64,000 nucleotides of DNA from Pseudomonadota bacterium (GCA_022572885.1 JACZVC010000011.1:1055-65054); one strand, 5' to 3'; shown: positions 1 to 7,938, counted from the stretch's first letter. The notes: a model not told the origin generated them from the letters alone. A program made the numbers and translations.

Positions 1-6
1 GGCCGA

Positions 7-33
7 ACGTCCGCTTTGGGTCGTTAGCGACCC
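7..33 (+). repeat. Hairpin (REP-like) repeat, copy 1
   Basis: acGTCCGCTTTgggtcgttAGCGACcc. It matches the family consensus GTCCGCTTT-N7-AAGCGRMC seen about 10 times in this window, and the arms can base-pair. Confidence 0.7.
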
Positions 34-53
34 TTCGTGGCAATATTAGCTGA

Positions 54-86
54 ATGTCCGCTTCCGGGGGTAAAGCGGACGTTCGA
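54..86 (+). repeat. Hairpin (REP-like) repeat, copy 2
   Basis: atGTCCGCTTccgggggtAAAGCGGACgttcga. Near-perfect 8-9 nt arms. It is 47 nt after copy 1. Confidence 0.8.
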
Positions 87-110
87 TTTGAGCAAGAGCC
101 GATTTTTGAC

Positions 111-140
111 AGTCCGCTTTCGGCCACAAGCGGTCGTTCA
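111..140 (+). repeat. Hairpin (REP-like) repeat, copy 3
   Basis: aGTCCGCTTTcggccacAAGCGGTCgttca, preceded by GATTTTTGAC, which is also found at the 20.87-kb copy. Confidence 0.8.
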
Positions 141-282
141 ATTCGCTGGCAATTTGATACAGTGACGGGTGGCACACGGCCAAAATGAGACGTAAATCAG
201 ATTGTTGAAATATGGCGCCAGTCTCCGATGCAGCGTCGCGAGCAATGACTTCATCTATCTCCGCCCTAAACTATGCTGGATT

Positions 283-1227
283 TTATAATTGTCCGGACAG
301 CCATCGATACACGTTAACGGTGAACTGGGGGTTGTAAACGCCGAGAACGGCCTCTTTCTCACTTTCCAGGTAAGGAGGGGCAAGTTGCGAAGGTGGTATA
401 TTCAGGAAATTGTCACCCAGCACGGCCAGGCGCCCCTTTCCGACTTTCATGACACCGCCCTGCGACCATCCCGAAACGGATCGGCGAGGAGTCGTGGAAT
501 CAAACATCCAAGATACAGATGGCTCAAGGGATATAGCGTCTGATCCAAAAGTCATAAGCGATACGGCACGTTCCGGCAATCGAAAGGCAGACCCATGATC
601 TGTTGCAACAAACTCAATGCGTTCATGGGGTTGCCGGCCCGTCAGAATTGGATGCTCACTCAATGATCCGTTATCTTTGCTAAACACGAACCAACCGGCA
701 ATCGAAATAATTTCCTTTGAATAACCATTTAAGAGACGTTCATCGAATACGAATCCGTTGTTGGTCTCTACATTAAATGCTTTTGCCAAGTCCTCATACG
801 AACCACCAAACGGCATGTGTTCGATGATCATCAGCAGCGAGCCGCCGTCGTGGACCCAGTCATAGATTATGCCGATTTCTTCAGGAGTGAACGCAGATGG
901 TGTCGGTAGAGTCCAGTTGTCCTGATTCTGATTCTCTGGTGCAAGAGCGTTGTCAGTATGAAGTACGCTCACGCCTTGAAGGGCTTCTCGAGTTATTTCT
1001 CCCATATATTGTCTAAGCTCAAATCCCTCCCTAGCGAGAAACTGTTCCATCTCTGCATTAGAAGAATCCCTATCGTCACCAAAATTATTGTGGCCTTCGG
1101 CAAAAACAATGATCGGACGTACAGTGTCATCGACCAATGGATCAGATAAATCCGAGTACGTGGGGACAACATATCCCTGACACGAATTTAGAAGGAGAAT
1201 TACGGCAATTGTGAGGTATGCGCGCAT
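283..1227 (-). CDS. Secreted protein, possibly a lipoprotein, of unknown function
   Basis: 314-aa ORF. N-terminal signal peptide MRAYLTIAVILLLNSC with a Cys in lipobox position. No motif I can name with certainty. Flanked by hairpin repeats on both sides. Confidence 0.7.
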   Translation of the reverse strand: MRAYLTIAVILLLNSCQGYVVPTYSDLSDPLVDDTVRPIIVFAEGHNNFGDDRDSSNAEMEQFLAREGFELRQYMGEITREALQGVSVLHTDNALAPENQNQDNWTLPTPSAFTPEEIGIIYDWVHDGGSLLMIIEHMPFGGSYEDLAKAFNVETNNGFVFDERLLNGYSKEIISIAGWFVFSKDNGSLSEHPILTGRQPHERIEFVATDHGSAFRLPERAVSLMTFGSDAISLEPSVSWMFDSTTPRRSVSGWSQGGVMKVGKGRLAVLGDNFLNIPPSQLAPPYLESEKEAVLGVYNPQFTVNVYRWLSGQL

Positions 1228-1315
1228 GCAGAAAATTCCTTACACTAATAACCCCCTAGGCGTTAAATTATTCGCTGGATACAACAATTTCGCCTCTAAA
1301 TAGAAGTAGTTGACT

Positions 1316-1346
1316 ATGTCCGCTTTGGGTCATAAGCGACCAATTG
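1316..1346 (+). repeat. Hairpin (REP-like) repeat, copy 4
   Basis: atGTCCGCTTTgggtcatAAGCGACcaatt, in the gap between the 283-1227 gene and the recombinase gene. Confidence 0.8.
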
Positions 1347-1380
1347 ACGCGTCGCACAATACATCTCCATTCACAAAAAA

Positions 1381-2019
1381 ATGGAGACAGTGATGCACCT
1401 ACCCGAAAATAACACGAATCGCAGGATTCCCTGGAATAAAGGCAAATTGGTCGGCCAGAAGCCACCGTTAAAGCTCCGAGAAATCTGGGCTATAAGGATC
1501 CGGCTTCAACTTGCCTGCCGGACTCGCGATCTGGCTCTTTTTAACCTGGCAATAGACAGCAAGCTCCGAGCCTGCGATTTGGTCCGTTTACGAGTCAGGG
1601 ACATTGCGCACGGCGATCAAGTGGCCCGAAGGGCGATGGTCATGCAACGGAAGACTCAGCGACCGGTTCAATTTGAGATCACCGAGCAGACTCGCCAGGC
1701 AATTCGCACATGGATTGACGAGGCAAACTTAGGAACAGCTCAGTACTTGTTTCCTAGCTGTATCAACGGCGCGGATCATATTTCGACGAGGCAATATGCT
1801 CGACGCCTTCGGTCTTGGATTGGCGACATTGGGCTCAACCCGATGGACTACGGCACTCACACAATGCGAAGAACAAAAGCGACATTGATTTATCGAAGGA
1901 CCAAGAATTTGAGGGCCGTTCAGCTGCTACTTGGGCACAGCAAGCTAGAGAGCACAGTCAGGTACCTCGGAATCGAGGTCGAAGATGCGCTCGAAATCGC
2001 TGAACGCACAGACGCCTAG
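1381..2019 (+). CDS. Small tyrosine-type site-specific recombinase/integrase (catalytic domain only)
   Basis: 212 aa. Catalytic signature visible: R in ...DSKLRACDL..., HTMRRTKAT (HxxR) and LLGHSKLESTVRYL (H...Y nucleophile). No room for an N-terminal core-binding domain. A better SD (GGAGA) precedes the second ATG at 1393. Confidence 0.85.
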   Translation: METVMHLPENNTNRRIPWNKGKLVGQKPPLKLREIWAIRIRLQLACRTRDLALFNLAIDSKLRACDLVRLRVRDIAHGDQVARRAMVMQRKTQRPVQFEITEQTRQAIRTWIDEANLGTAQYLFPSCINGADHISTRQYARRLRSWIGDIGLNPMDYGTHTMRRTKATLIYRRTKNLRAVQLLLGHSKLESTVRYLGIEVEDALEIAERTDA

Positions 2020-2044
2020 TTTACTAGCCGGGAGCGGCCTTCAA

Positions 2045-2077
2045 ATGGTCGCTTTCTGGCCACAAGCGGACGTTTGA
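2045..2077 (+). repeat. Hairpin (REP-like) repeat, copy 5
   Basis: atgGTCGCTTTctggccacAAGCGGACgtttga, located between the recombinase stop and the stop of the convergent 2086-2589 gene. Confidence 0.8.
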
Positions 2078-2085
2078 CTCATACT

Positions 2086-2589
2086 CTATTCGTGTTCCGG
2101 TTCCGGTTCGGCTTCCGGCTCCGATGCTGGCAGCGCCAGGTTGCTGACCCAGTTGTCGACTTGATCCTGACCCATTTCCGCAAGCAATACCGCCAGCATC
2201 TCATCAGACAATCCTTGCGGAAATCGGGCGACCAGGCGCAACCGGTTCACTTGCTCCTCATCCAGTTCCTTTCGCTTTGATCGTACTTTCACTCGGTACA
2301 TCTGTTCAGGCTCGGCAGTTTTCACCATCGACACCGGTATCAACACCACTCGACTTTTAGCGTTCGGAGAATCCGGGTTATCAATGACATTCAAAAGTAT
2401 GCGATCTGCACGGACCGCCAGAAGCTCTCCCGAGATCGTGTTTCCACCAATCACCTTGCCTTTGAGCCTTAGCTCAATATGCACACCCTGCGGTCCCTGA
2501 GCTGGCTTGAAATCCTCAATTTGGACGCCAACGCTACATCCCGCAACGAACAGCATCAGCAGGAATAGTAATGAGTGTACCGTCCTCAT
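2086..2589 (-). CDS. Lipoprotein of unknown function
   Basis: 167 aa. Lipobox LFVAGC. Acidic EPEAEPEPEHE tail. Its start overlaps the stop of the upstream gene (ATGA), so it is probably translationally coupled. Confidence 0.75.
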   Translation of the reverse strand: MRTVHSLLFLLMLFVAGCSVGVQIEDFKPAQGPQGVHIELRLKGKVIGGNTISGELLAVRADRILLNVIDNPDSPNAKSRVVLIPVSMVKTAEPEQMYRVKVRSKRKELDEEQVNRLRLVARFPQGLSDEMLAVLLAEMGQDQVDNWVSNLALPASEPEAEPEPEHE

Positions 2590-4181
2590 CGAACGTTTAT
2601 CCTTGTCGACTCGAATCGCTCGCGAAATTCCTCACGTTGTGGCTCCCAAAGTTGCAAGGCGGCTAGCAGGGCGGCCTGCAGCGAGACATCATTCGGTACG
2701 AAAGCAGAGGCACTTGTTTTCTCCAGCCATTCCTTACGCATCCATTCAATATAATAGCCTTCGGCGGCCAAAAAATACGTTCGTTTGAAGTCTTCTGGGG
2801 CGTCGCCGACCTCGAACCGCAAACGGATATATTCGCCCGGTTTAGTAATGACATATGCGGCGTCCGCCGCATGCAGGTTCTTTCTTGCCTGTTTGAGCTC
2901 ATCTCCCGCTGCGCTGGTTACTTGGGTGACCGGGATTTTTTTGGCTTTGGCGTGGCGTACCACCGTCGCGAGCGCGAGGTGATCGATGCGCCAATTATCG
3001 GCGACGAAAGAGAGGCGTAACTGCAACTTTTCACCTTTTACGGCCGGCAACGGTATTGCCAGTTCAGTCCAGGCAATGGGTCCGGTATCGCCAATCGTAG
3101 CCACTTGCCTGTATCGGCCTTTATCCCAAATCGAGACGCGCATGCCCATTGTTTTTCGGTACCAGCGCGCCAACTTATACTTCGGGCCCAATCGATCCAG
3201 GTCATCGCTCATCCAATCGAGTGCTCTGAAGCCTTGGCCCTTTAACATGACGTCGTAGAACAACACGGTATTCAGAAGACTGTTTTTTAGGCGAAGAACG
3301 AGCGCCGCCTTGCTACCGGCAGTTGGAATTTCGAACTCCAGATCGATATAGTCCTCCATATCGTCAGTGGATACGTTCTGCAGACGCACCTCATCGGTAC
3401 GCCACGCTTTTCCGTCAGCGGCGCCCACAATTCCATCGATATGACGACCGCTGCGATCGATAACCAGATCCGGGGCCCTGAGCGAGCCGACGATGATCGG
3501 GCGGCCTTTGGGGTCCGGAAAGACCGATTCGGCATCCGAATGAACAACTTCTATTAACTCGATGTGATTTATGTAATGTGTTTCCAGCGCCTCGTTGCGT
3601 ACCTCTAACTCAACCGAATCTCGCGTGCCAGAATCAATGCCCAGTCGGTCAATGTCTCTTGCCTCGAAGCCCGGCGCGATGCTGTAGGAGAATAATTCCG
3701 CTTCGAGTAGTGGTTCCGCGCCCTCGAGTGAATAGATAGTGGGGCAGGAGCCGAAAATAGCCACTGCGAGAGCAGTACCGGCGGCAACGGCGACGACAGT
3801 TGTCACGGAGCTGTAAATGATGGTTGCCCCGGTATTCACTGGTGTCTGGTAGCTTTCCATTGCCGCGACTTCGTCGAAATCAACTTCGGTCACCCGTTCA
3901 CCGTGATCGAGAGTGATGTCGTACTTGAATCCCTGACCTTTGACGATGCCATCTTCGATGGTAACGCCGTTTGGGAATACGACAGTGGAACCATCTACAA
4001 GATGCGCCTTGACAGGTGATTCAACGGTTATAGGGGACTCGGTTTCCTCATATTCGACGGCCGTAATCTTAAGATTGGTGACGACGCAGGACACCAGAAA
4101 TAGACAAGCCAGCGAAAGGAATAGGCGCATAAATTTCCCCAATCGAATAGGTGGCGCTCGGCCGTCGATTTTTGTAGTCAT
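2586..4181 (-). CDS. Large lipoprotein/membrane-associated protein of unknown function
   Basis: 531 aa. Signal/lipobox LFLVSC, plus a second hydrophobic segment (TTVVAVAAGTALAVAIFGSC). No recognisable catalytic motif. First gene of a two-gene operon. Confidence 0.75.
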   Translation of the reverse strand: MTTKIDGRAPPIRLGKFMRLFLSLACLFLVSCVVTNLKITAVEYEETESPITVESPVKAHLVDGSTVVFPNGVTIEDGIVKGQGFKYDITLDHGERVTEVDFDEVAAMESYQTPVNTGATIIYSSVTTVVAVAAGTALAVAIFGSCPTIYSLEGAEPLLEAELFSYSIAPGFEARDIDRLGIDSGTRDSVELEVRNEALETHYINHIELIEVVHSDAESVFPDPKGRPIIVGSLRAPDLVIDRSGRHIDGIVGAADGKAWRTDEVRLQNVSTDDMEDYIDLEFEIPTAGSKAALVLRLKNSLLNTVLFYDVMLKGQGFRALDWMSDDLDRLGPKYKLARWYRKTMGMRVSIWDKGRYRQVATIGDTGPIAWTELAIPLPAVKGEKLQLRLSFVADNWRIDHLALATVVRHAKAKKIPVTQVTSAAGDELKQARKNLHAADAAYVITKPGEYIRLRFEVGDAPEDFKRTYFLAAEGYYIEWMRKEWLEKTSASAFVPNDVSLQAALLAALQLWEPQREEFRERFESTRINVR

Positions 4182-4385
4182 TTTCAGTCTCCCGCGCAGC
4201 GTTTCTTATCGGTTTCTGGCTACTTCGGGAGGTCTTCCATGGCGTCTCAACGGAAGCGACGATCTGTGGCTTTGCGTCCCTGACTTTTGGGGGTTTGGCT
4301 ATATAGTTGCAGTTACTAAGTATAGCAGAAGGTTATCGGATTGCCGGATGGTTAACATGATCGGGACGTATCCGGGGCCCTAGTA

Positions 4386-4416
4386 ATGTCTGCTTTCGGC
4401 CAAGAACGGACCTACG
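4386..4416 (+). repeat. Hairpin (REP-like) repeat, copy 6
   Basis: atGTCTGCTTTcggccaagAACGGACctacg, intergenic. Confidence 0.7.
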
Positions 4417-4497
4417 CGTTCAGCTTCGCCCGAATCTGATCAAGCGCCTGACGAAATATAGGGCGCCCTCTGGAAGTCGAGCGCCTTCGCCTAAACC

Positions 4498-4854
4498 TCA
4501 GCCCTTGTGGTAGGTAAGGATCGGTTCGAAGCCACCCATGATCATGCGCTTCCCGTCAAAGGGCATTTTGCCCATATCCTTCATCCGGGGGTCGTCCCAC
4601 ATGCCTTTATGCGCAACGGCACCCGTTTTCCGGTCGGGCCAGACGACCCAGGAAAAGACTATCTTTTCACCCGGCAAGGCCTTTACGGCCCGGCGGTAAT
4701 CAGTCTGTTCGCCATCGGGGACCTCGAGTTCCCAATTCTCGAAAATCTCGAGTGCCCCGAAATCCTTGGCGACCTCGGCGAATATCTTTGTCGCCGCGAC
4801 ATAGGCATCCTTCTTTTCCTCGGGCACTGCCAGAATATATCCGTTGACATACAT
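4498..4854 (-). CDS. DUF1428 family protein (YbaA-like)
   Basis: 118 aa. MYVNGYILAVPEEKKDAYV...FGALEIFENW...IVFSWVVWPDR...MPFDGKRMIMGGFE matches my memory of the DUF1428 family in length and pattern. Confidence 0.8.
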   Translation of the reverse strand: MYVNGYILAVPEEKKDAYVAATKIFAEVAKDFGALEIFENWELEVPDGEQTDYRRAVKALPGEKIVFSWVVWPDRKTGAVAHKGMWDDPRMKDMGKMPFDGKRMIMGGFEPILTYHKG

Positions 4855-4935
4855 GGTCTTATCTCCCTCCAGGCTAGAGATTTATTCAACGGCCGTTCTG
4901 GATCATTTGCTGCCGTTCAACATTTTACAATACGA

Positions 4936-4967
4936 ATGTCCGCTCTAGGTCGTAAACCGACCTTACA
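4936..4967 (+). repeat. Hairpin (REP-like) repeat, copy 7
   Basis: atGTCCGCTCTaggtcgtAAACCGACcttaca. More degenerate arms than the other copies. Confidence 0.6.
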
Positions 4968-5147
4968 CGGGACCATTAATTAGGCCGTAACGGGCGGCCA
5001 ATCAGTCAAATCCCGTTTGGGCCCGATCAGGACCAAAATTTATCCCTCTTACAGCCCAATGATAGCAACGGTTGCAAGACCGGATGCTCACGATTTGGCC
5101 GGCGAACACGTTGCTGAGGTTGATTTTGCGTCTGCCGAAGCAGATTC

Positions 5148-5169
5148 GTCCGCAGCGGGTTACGCGGAC
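5148..5169. repeat. Degenerate hairpin related to the repeat family
   Basis: GTCCGCagcgggttacGCGGAC. It has the same 6-nt arm ends (GTCCGC/GCGGAC) and lies just downstream of the glutaredoxin-like gene. Confidence 0.4.
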
Positions 5170-5193
5170 GGATCGATGTAACGAGTGAACGGG

Positions 5194-5538
5194 TTAGTCT
5201 GAGTTCACAGCCACGAGAATCGATTGCGGTCTGTAGCCGTGGATTACATAGCCGTTGATCTTCAGCAAGGGGACGCCCCTTCCACCAAGGCGCCTGTGTT
5301 CCTCCGCGTGCTTTTCTGATTTTTCGATATCGTACTCCACATACGAAATATTGTTCGCTTGGAAAAGTTCGCGAGTTTTCTGGCAGTAGCCACACCACTC
5401 GGTGGCATAAAGAATGACTTCGCTCTCGACTGACGAATAGGTGGGCGGCCCGAAAACGAAATGGTCAATGCGATCCCAATTTTGGTAGGCCCCCACCAAC
5501 AATGCAAAAAAAACCAGTTTTTTGATAGCAGATTCCAT
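5194..5538 (-). CDS. Glutaredoxin-family protein with an N-terminal membrane anchor
   Basis: CGYC active site in ILYATEWCGYCQK, and GVPLLKINGYVIHGY typical of the Grx fold. I prefer the internal ATG (MESAIKKLVFFALLVGAY). The ORF track extends to 5607. Confidence 0.75.
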   Translation of the reverse strand: MESAIKKLVFFALLVGAYQNWDRIDHFVFGPPTYSSVESEVILYATEWCGYCQKTRELFQANNISYVEYDIEKSEKHAEEHRRLGGRGVPLLKINGYVIHGYRPQSILVAVNSD

Positions 5539-5745
5539 TTGGTCAAGTACACCAAACGATCTCGCACATAAAGCCTGTACTTTTGTGGATTCGCTGGTCC
5601 TGCACACCTCCGTCCTACGTAGGTACGACAGTTTCGCTGTTTCCGGCCAACGATTCGGTGATTCAGATCACAAGATTGAGTTTGAGGCGCTGTGCCGCTC
5701 ACGCCGGCACAACCGTTGGTATAGGAATTCGCATTGTTATGTGAG

Positions 5746-6219
5746 TTACATGTCTATAGTGCCAACCACCTTGGTAATTAACGGCTTCCCGTCTATTAAC
5801 TTCATGGTTACTTTTTCAAACGTTCTGGTGTTAATATTCCGGCCTCGAACGGTCATTGACTCTCTAATAATTGCTGTGACTAACGCTTTATTGCCTTGCA
5901 TATCGATTTTCAGGTTTGACCTCGTATATTCATAATTCGAAGCCGCAGCCCATCCTTCCTCCAGCATTACGATATATTCTTGCTTGGAGGGTCTGATAAC
6001 CTGGCTCTGCCCTTGAAAATTAATGGTGATAACTATTTTTACGTCGTCACTTAATGCATCTGAAAATACATTCGCATCCATATTTTCAGTAGCATCGTCA
6101 AGTTCAGAAATTACGCTCCTGACAAGCTCTTCTGTCAGGCTATCGTAAGAGGATGAGCAGGAAATTACTGTGGCAAAAGAAATAAAAACCAGGAAACTTA
6201 CTCTCACTAAATTATTCAT
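5746..6219 (-). CDS. Small lipoprotein, possibly NTF2/SnoaL-like, in an AT-rich segment
   Basis: 157 aa. Signal/lipobox FATVISC. Hand counts of three 60-nt lines here give about 38-45% GC, against about 58% in a dnaX line. Confidence 0.65.
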   Translation of the reverse strand: MNNLVRVSFLVFISFATVISCSSSYDSLTEELVRSVISELDDATENMDANVFSDALSDDVKIVITINFQGQSQVIRPSKQEYIVMLEEGWAAASNYEYTRSNLKIDMQGNKALVTAIIRESMTVRGRNINTRTFEKVTMKLIDGKPLITKVVGTIDM

Positions 6220-6292
6220 AGTTCACTCCAGTAAATACTCCCGCGGTTAAGTATAACGGAACTGGTGCGGGTGCCGAGTTATTGGTTTATCG

Positions 6293-6310
6293 GGTATTGA
6301 CAAGTTAAAT
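6293..6310 (+). repeat. IS6 left terminal inverted repeat
   Basis: GGTATTGACAAGTTAAAT, the exact reverse complement of 7064-7081. Confidence 0.9.
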
Positions 6311-7028
6311 GGTGATAAAGCGTAATTGTTGGATGAAAAGATCCACCACGATGTACAAACGCCACCGATTCCCACCAGAAATTATTCAATATGCTGTATG
6401 GATTTATCATCGCTTTAGCCTGAGCCATCGGGATATTGAAGATTTGCTGGCTGAACGTGGAATCACCGTTAGCTATGAATCAATTCGTCTATGGTGCAAC
6501 AAGTTCGGATTGAAATATGTGCGTCGTTTGAGGAAAAAGCACCAGGGATACGGAGATACATTTTTCATTGATGAAGTGTTCATGAAGATCGATGGTAGGC
6601 AGTATTATTTATGGCGCGCTGTAGATCAGGATGGAGAAATCGTCGACATATTTCTACAGCGTCGACGCGACGGCAAGGCGGCAAAGCGCTTTTTCAAACG
6701 GCTGCTTAAAAATAACCGCGGTGAACCGAGGAAGATAGTGACGGACAAGTTGAGAAGTTATGGGGTCGCACACCGAGAACTCATCCCAGACACTATTCAT
6801 GATACAACCCAGTATGCCAATAACAGGGCAGAACTTTCACATCAACCGACGCGGGTGCGGGAGCGGGGCATGCGCCGCTTTAAATCGACGCAGCAGGCCC
6901 AGCGCTTCTTGACCGTTCATGCGGCTGTTTACAATTTATTCAATCTTGGCCGTCACCTTGTTTCGGCCAAGAACTATCGATTTTTCCGATTGCGTGCTGT
7001 TGCGTCTTGGAATTACGCTGCAGCGTGA
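6309..7028 (+). CDS. IS6 family transposase
   Basis: KRHRFPPEIIQYAVWIYHRFSLSHRDIEDLL...FIDEVFMKIDGRQYYLWRAVDQDGEIVD...TDKLRSYG...NNRAELSHQPTR is the DDE pattern of IS6/IS26 transposases. The true start is probably at 6333 or 6351. Confidence 0.93.
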   Translation: MVIKRNCWMKRSTTMYKRHRFPPEIIQYAVWIYHRFSLSHRDIEDLLAERGITVSYESIRLWCNKFGLKYVRRLRKKHQGYGDTFFIDEVFMKIDGRQYYLWRAVDQDGEIVDIFLQRRRDGKAAKRFFKRLLKNNRGEPRKIVTDKLRSYGVAHRELIPDTIHDTTQYANNRAELSHQPTRVRERGMRRFKSTQQAQRFLTVHAAVYNLFNLGRHLVSAKNYRFFRLRAVASWNYAAA

Positions 7029-7063
7029 TAGGCGATAGCTGCCCAAATTTGCTTAGGCTGAGT

Positions 7064-7081
7064 ATTTAACTTGTCAATACC
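7064..7081 (-). repeat. IS6 right terminal inverted repeat
   Basis: ATTTAACTTGTCAATACC, the exact reverse complement of 6293-6310. Confidence 0.9.
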
Positions 7082-7201
7082 AGAAATTGCCCATCCAGCT
7101 ACCGTTTCAGGATACAATGACGCGTTCAGCCGCTCCATTGAGACTTCGGCATTTTGTGCCCCGATCCTCTCTTACGCGGTTTTAAACCATAAGGAGATAT
7201 C

Positions 7202-7498
7202 GTGGGTAGGAAACTTTATGTTGGCAATTTGCCTTACTCGGCGACTGAGCAGGATCTTTTGGATAAATTTGCGGCAAGTGGAACCGTGGAGTCCGCCAAG
7301 CTGATTACCGATCGGGATACGGGTCGGAGCAAGGGCTTTGGTTTTGTCGAAATGGCGAGTGACGCCGAAGCTCAGGCGGCAATCGATGCTCTAAACGGCA
7401 CCGACTACGATGGTCGGCCAATGACGGTTAATGAAGCCAGGCCTCAGCAAAAGAGATCCGGCGGCGGTGGTGGTTACGGCGGCGGAAATCGCTGGTAA
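7202..7498 (+). CDS. RRM-type glycine-rich RNA-binding protein
   Basis: RNP2 LYVGNL and RNP1 KGFGFVEM motifs, with a C-terminal SGGGGGYGGGNRW tail. GTG start preceded by AAGGAGA. Confidence 0.9.
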   Translation: MGRKLYVGNLPYSATEQDLLDKFAASGTVESAKLITDRDTGRSKGFGFVEMASDAEAQAAIDALNGTDYDGRPMTVNEARPQQKRSGGGGGYGGGNRW

Positions 7499-7607
7499 GC
7501 CCTTTCCCCGACTGTCAAAGATCCACTGACATTTTGCGTTACCCGGCCTCGAGGCGGGTAGCCGTTCGATCTGCACGTGACTATCTGTGACCAAGGAATT
7601 TTCAGAA

Positions 7608-7850
7608 ATGGGACAACCCTATGAGATTGTATCGGTACAGCGAGCCGAGCCTCCACCCGGCGTGGAAGGTGCTACCTGGTATCGCTATGTAATTACTCAA
7701 GGCAACAACACGATCAACGGTTGCCGGCAAGGGAGTCTCAAGGCGGTGACGATAGCGGTAGAGGAGATCGTCACCCAATTGAACGAACGAAGACTGGGCA
7801 AGCGCGGTCGCGTCAACCTGGTGCCGACGCCGAAGAAGAAAATCGAATAA
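7608..7850 (+). CDS. Hypothetical small protein
   Basis: 80-aa ORF from the ATG (the ORF track starts at GTG 7587). Coding-like composition, no recognisable motif. Confidence 0.5.
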   Translation: MGQPYEIVSVQRAEPPPGVEGATWYRYVITQGNNTINGCRQGSLKAVTIAVEEIVTQLNERRLGKRGRVNLVPTPKKKIE

Positions 7851-7938
7851 CAAGGCTCGATCACCCTGTCCAGACCGAGTCTTGTAGGTCTGCCATTCCA
7901 AAACGGACATAGTGATTGCTCAAAAGAATTATCGTTTC

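Larger units (their letters stand above)
6293..7081 (+). mobile_element. Complete IS6-family insertion sequence (789 bp)
   Basis: Perfect 18-bp terminal inverted repeats GGTATTGACAAGTTAAAT (6293-6310 and 7064-7081) bracket a single IS6/IS26-like transposase ORF. Flanking 8-mers GTTTATCG and AGAAATTG differ, so there is no target-site duplication. Confidence 0.9.

Noticed and set aside
1-5000. Classical integron (IntI plus attC cassette array) as an explanation for the repeats and recombinase
   Set aside because: The recombinase is only 212 aa, whereas IntI proteins are about 320 aa or more with an extra insertion. It sits inside the array rather than at its end. The repeats are about 30 bp and lack the RYYYAAC/GTTRRRY core sites of attC; the sequences after the stems are GTTCGA, GTTCAA and GTTTGA.
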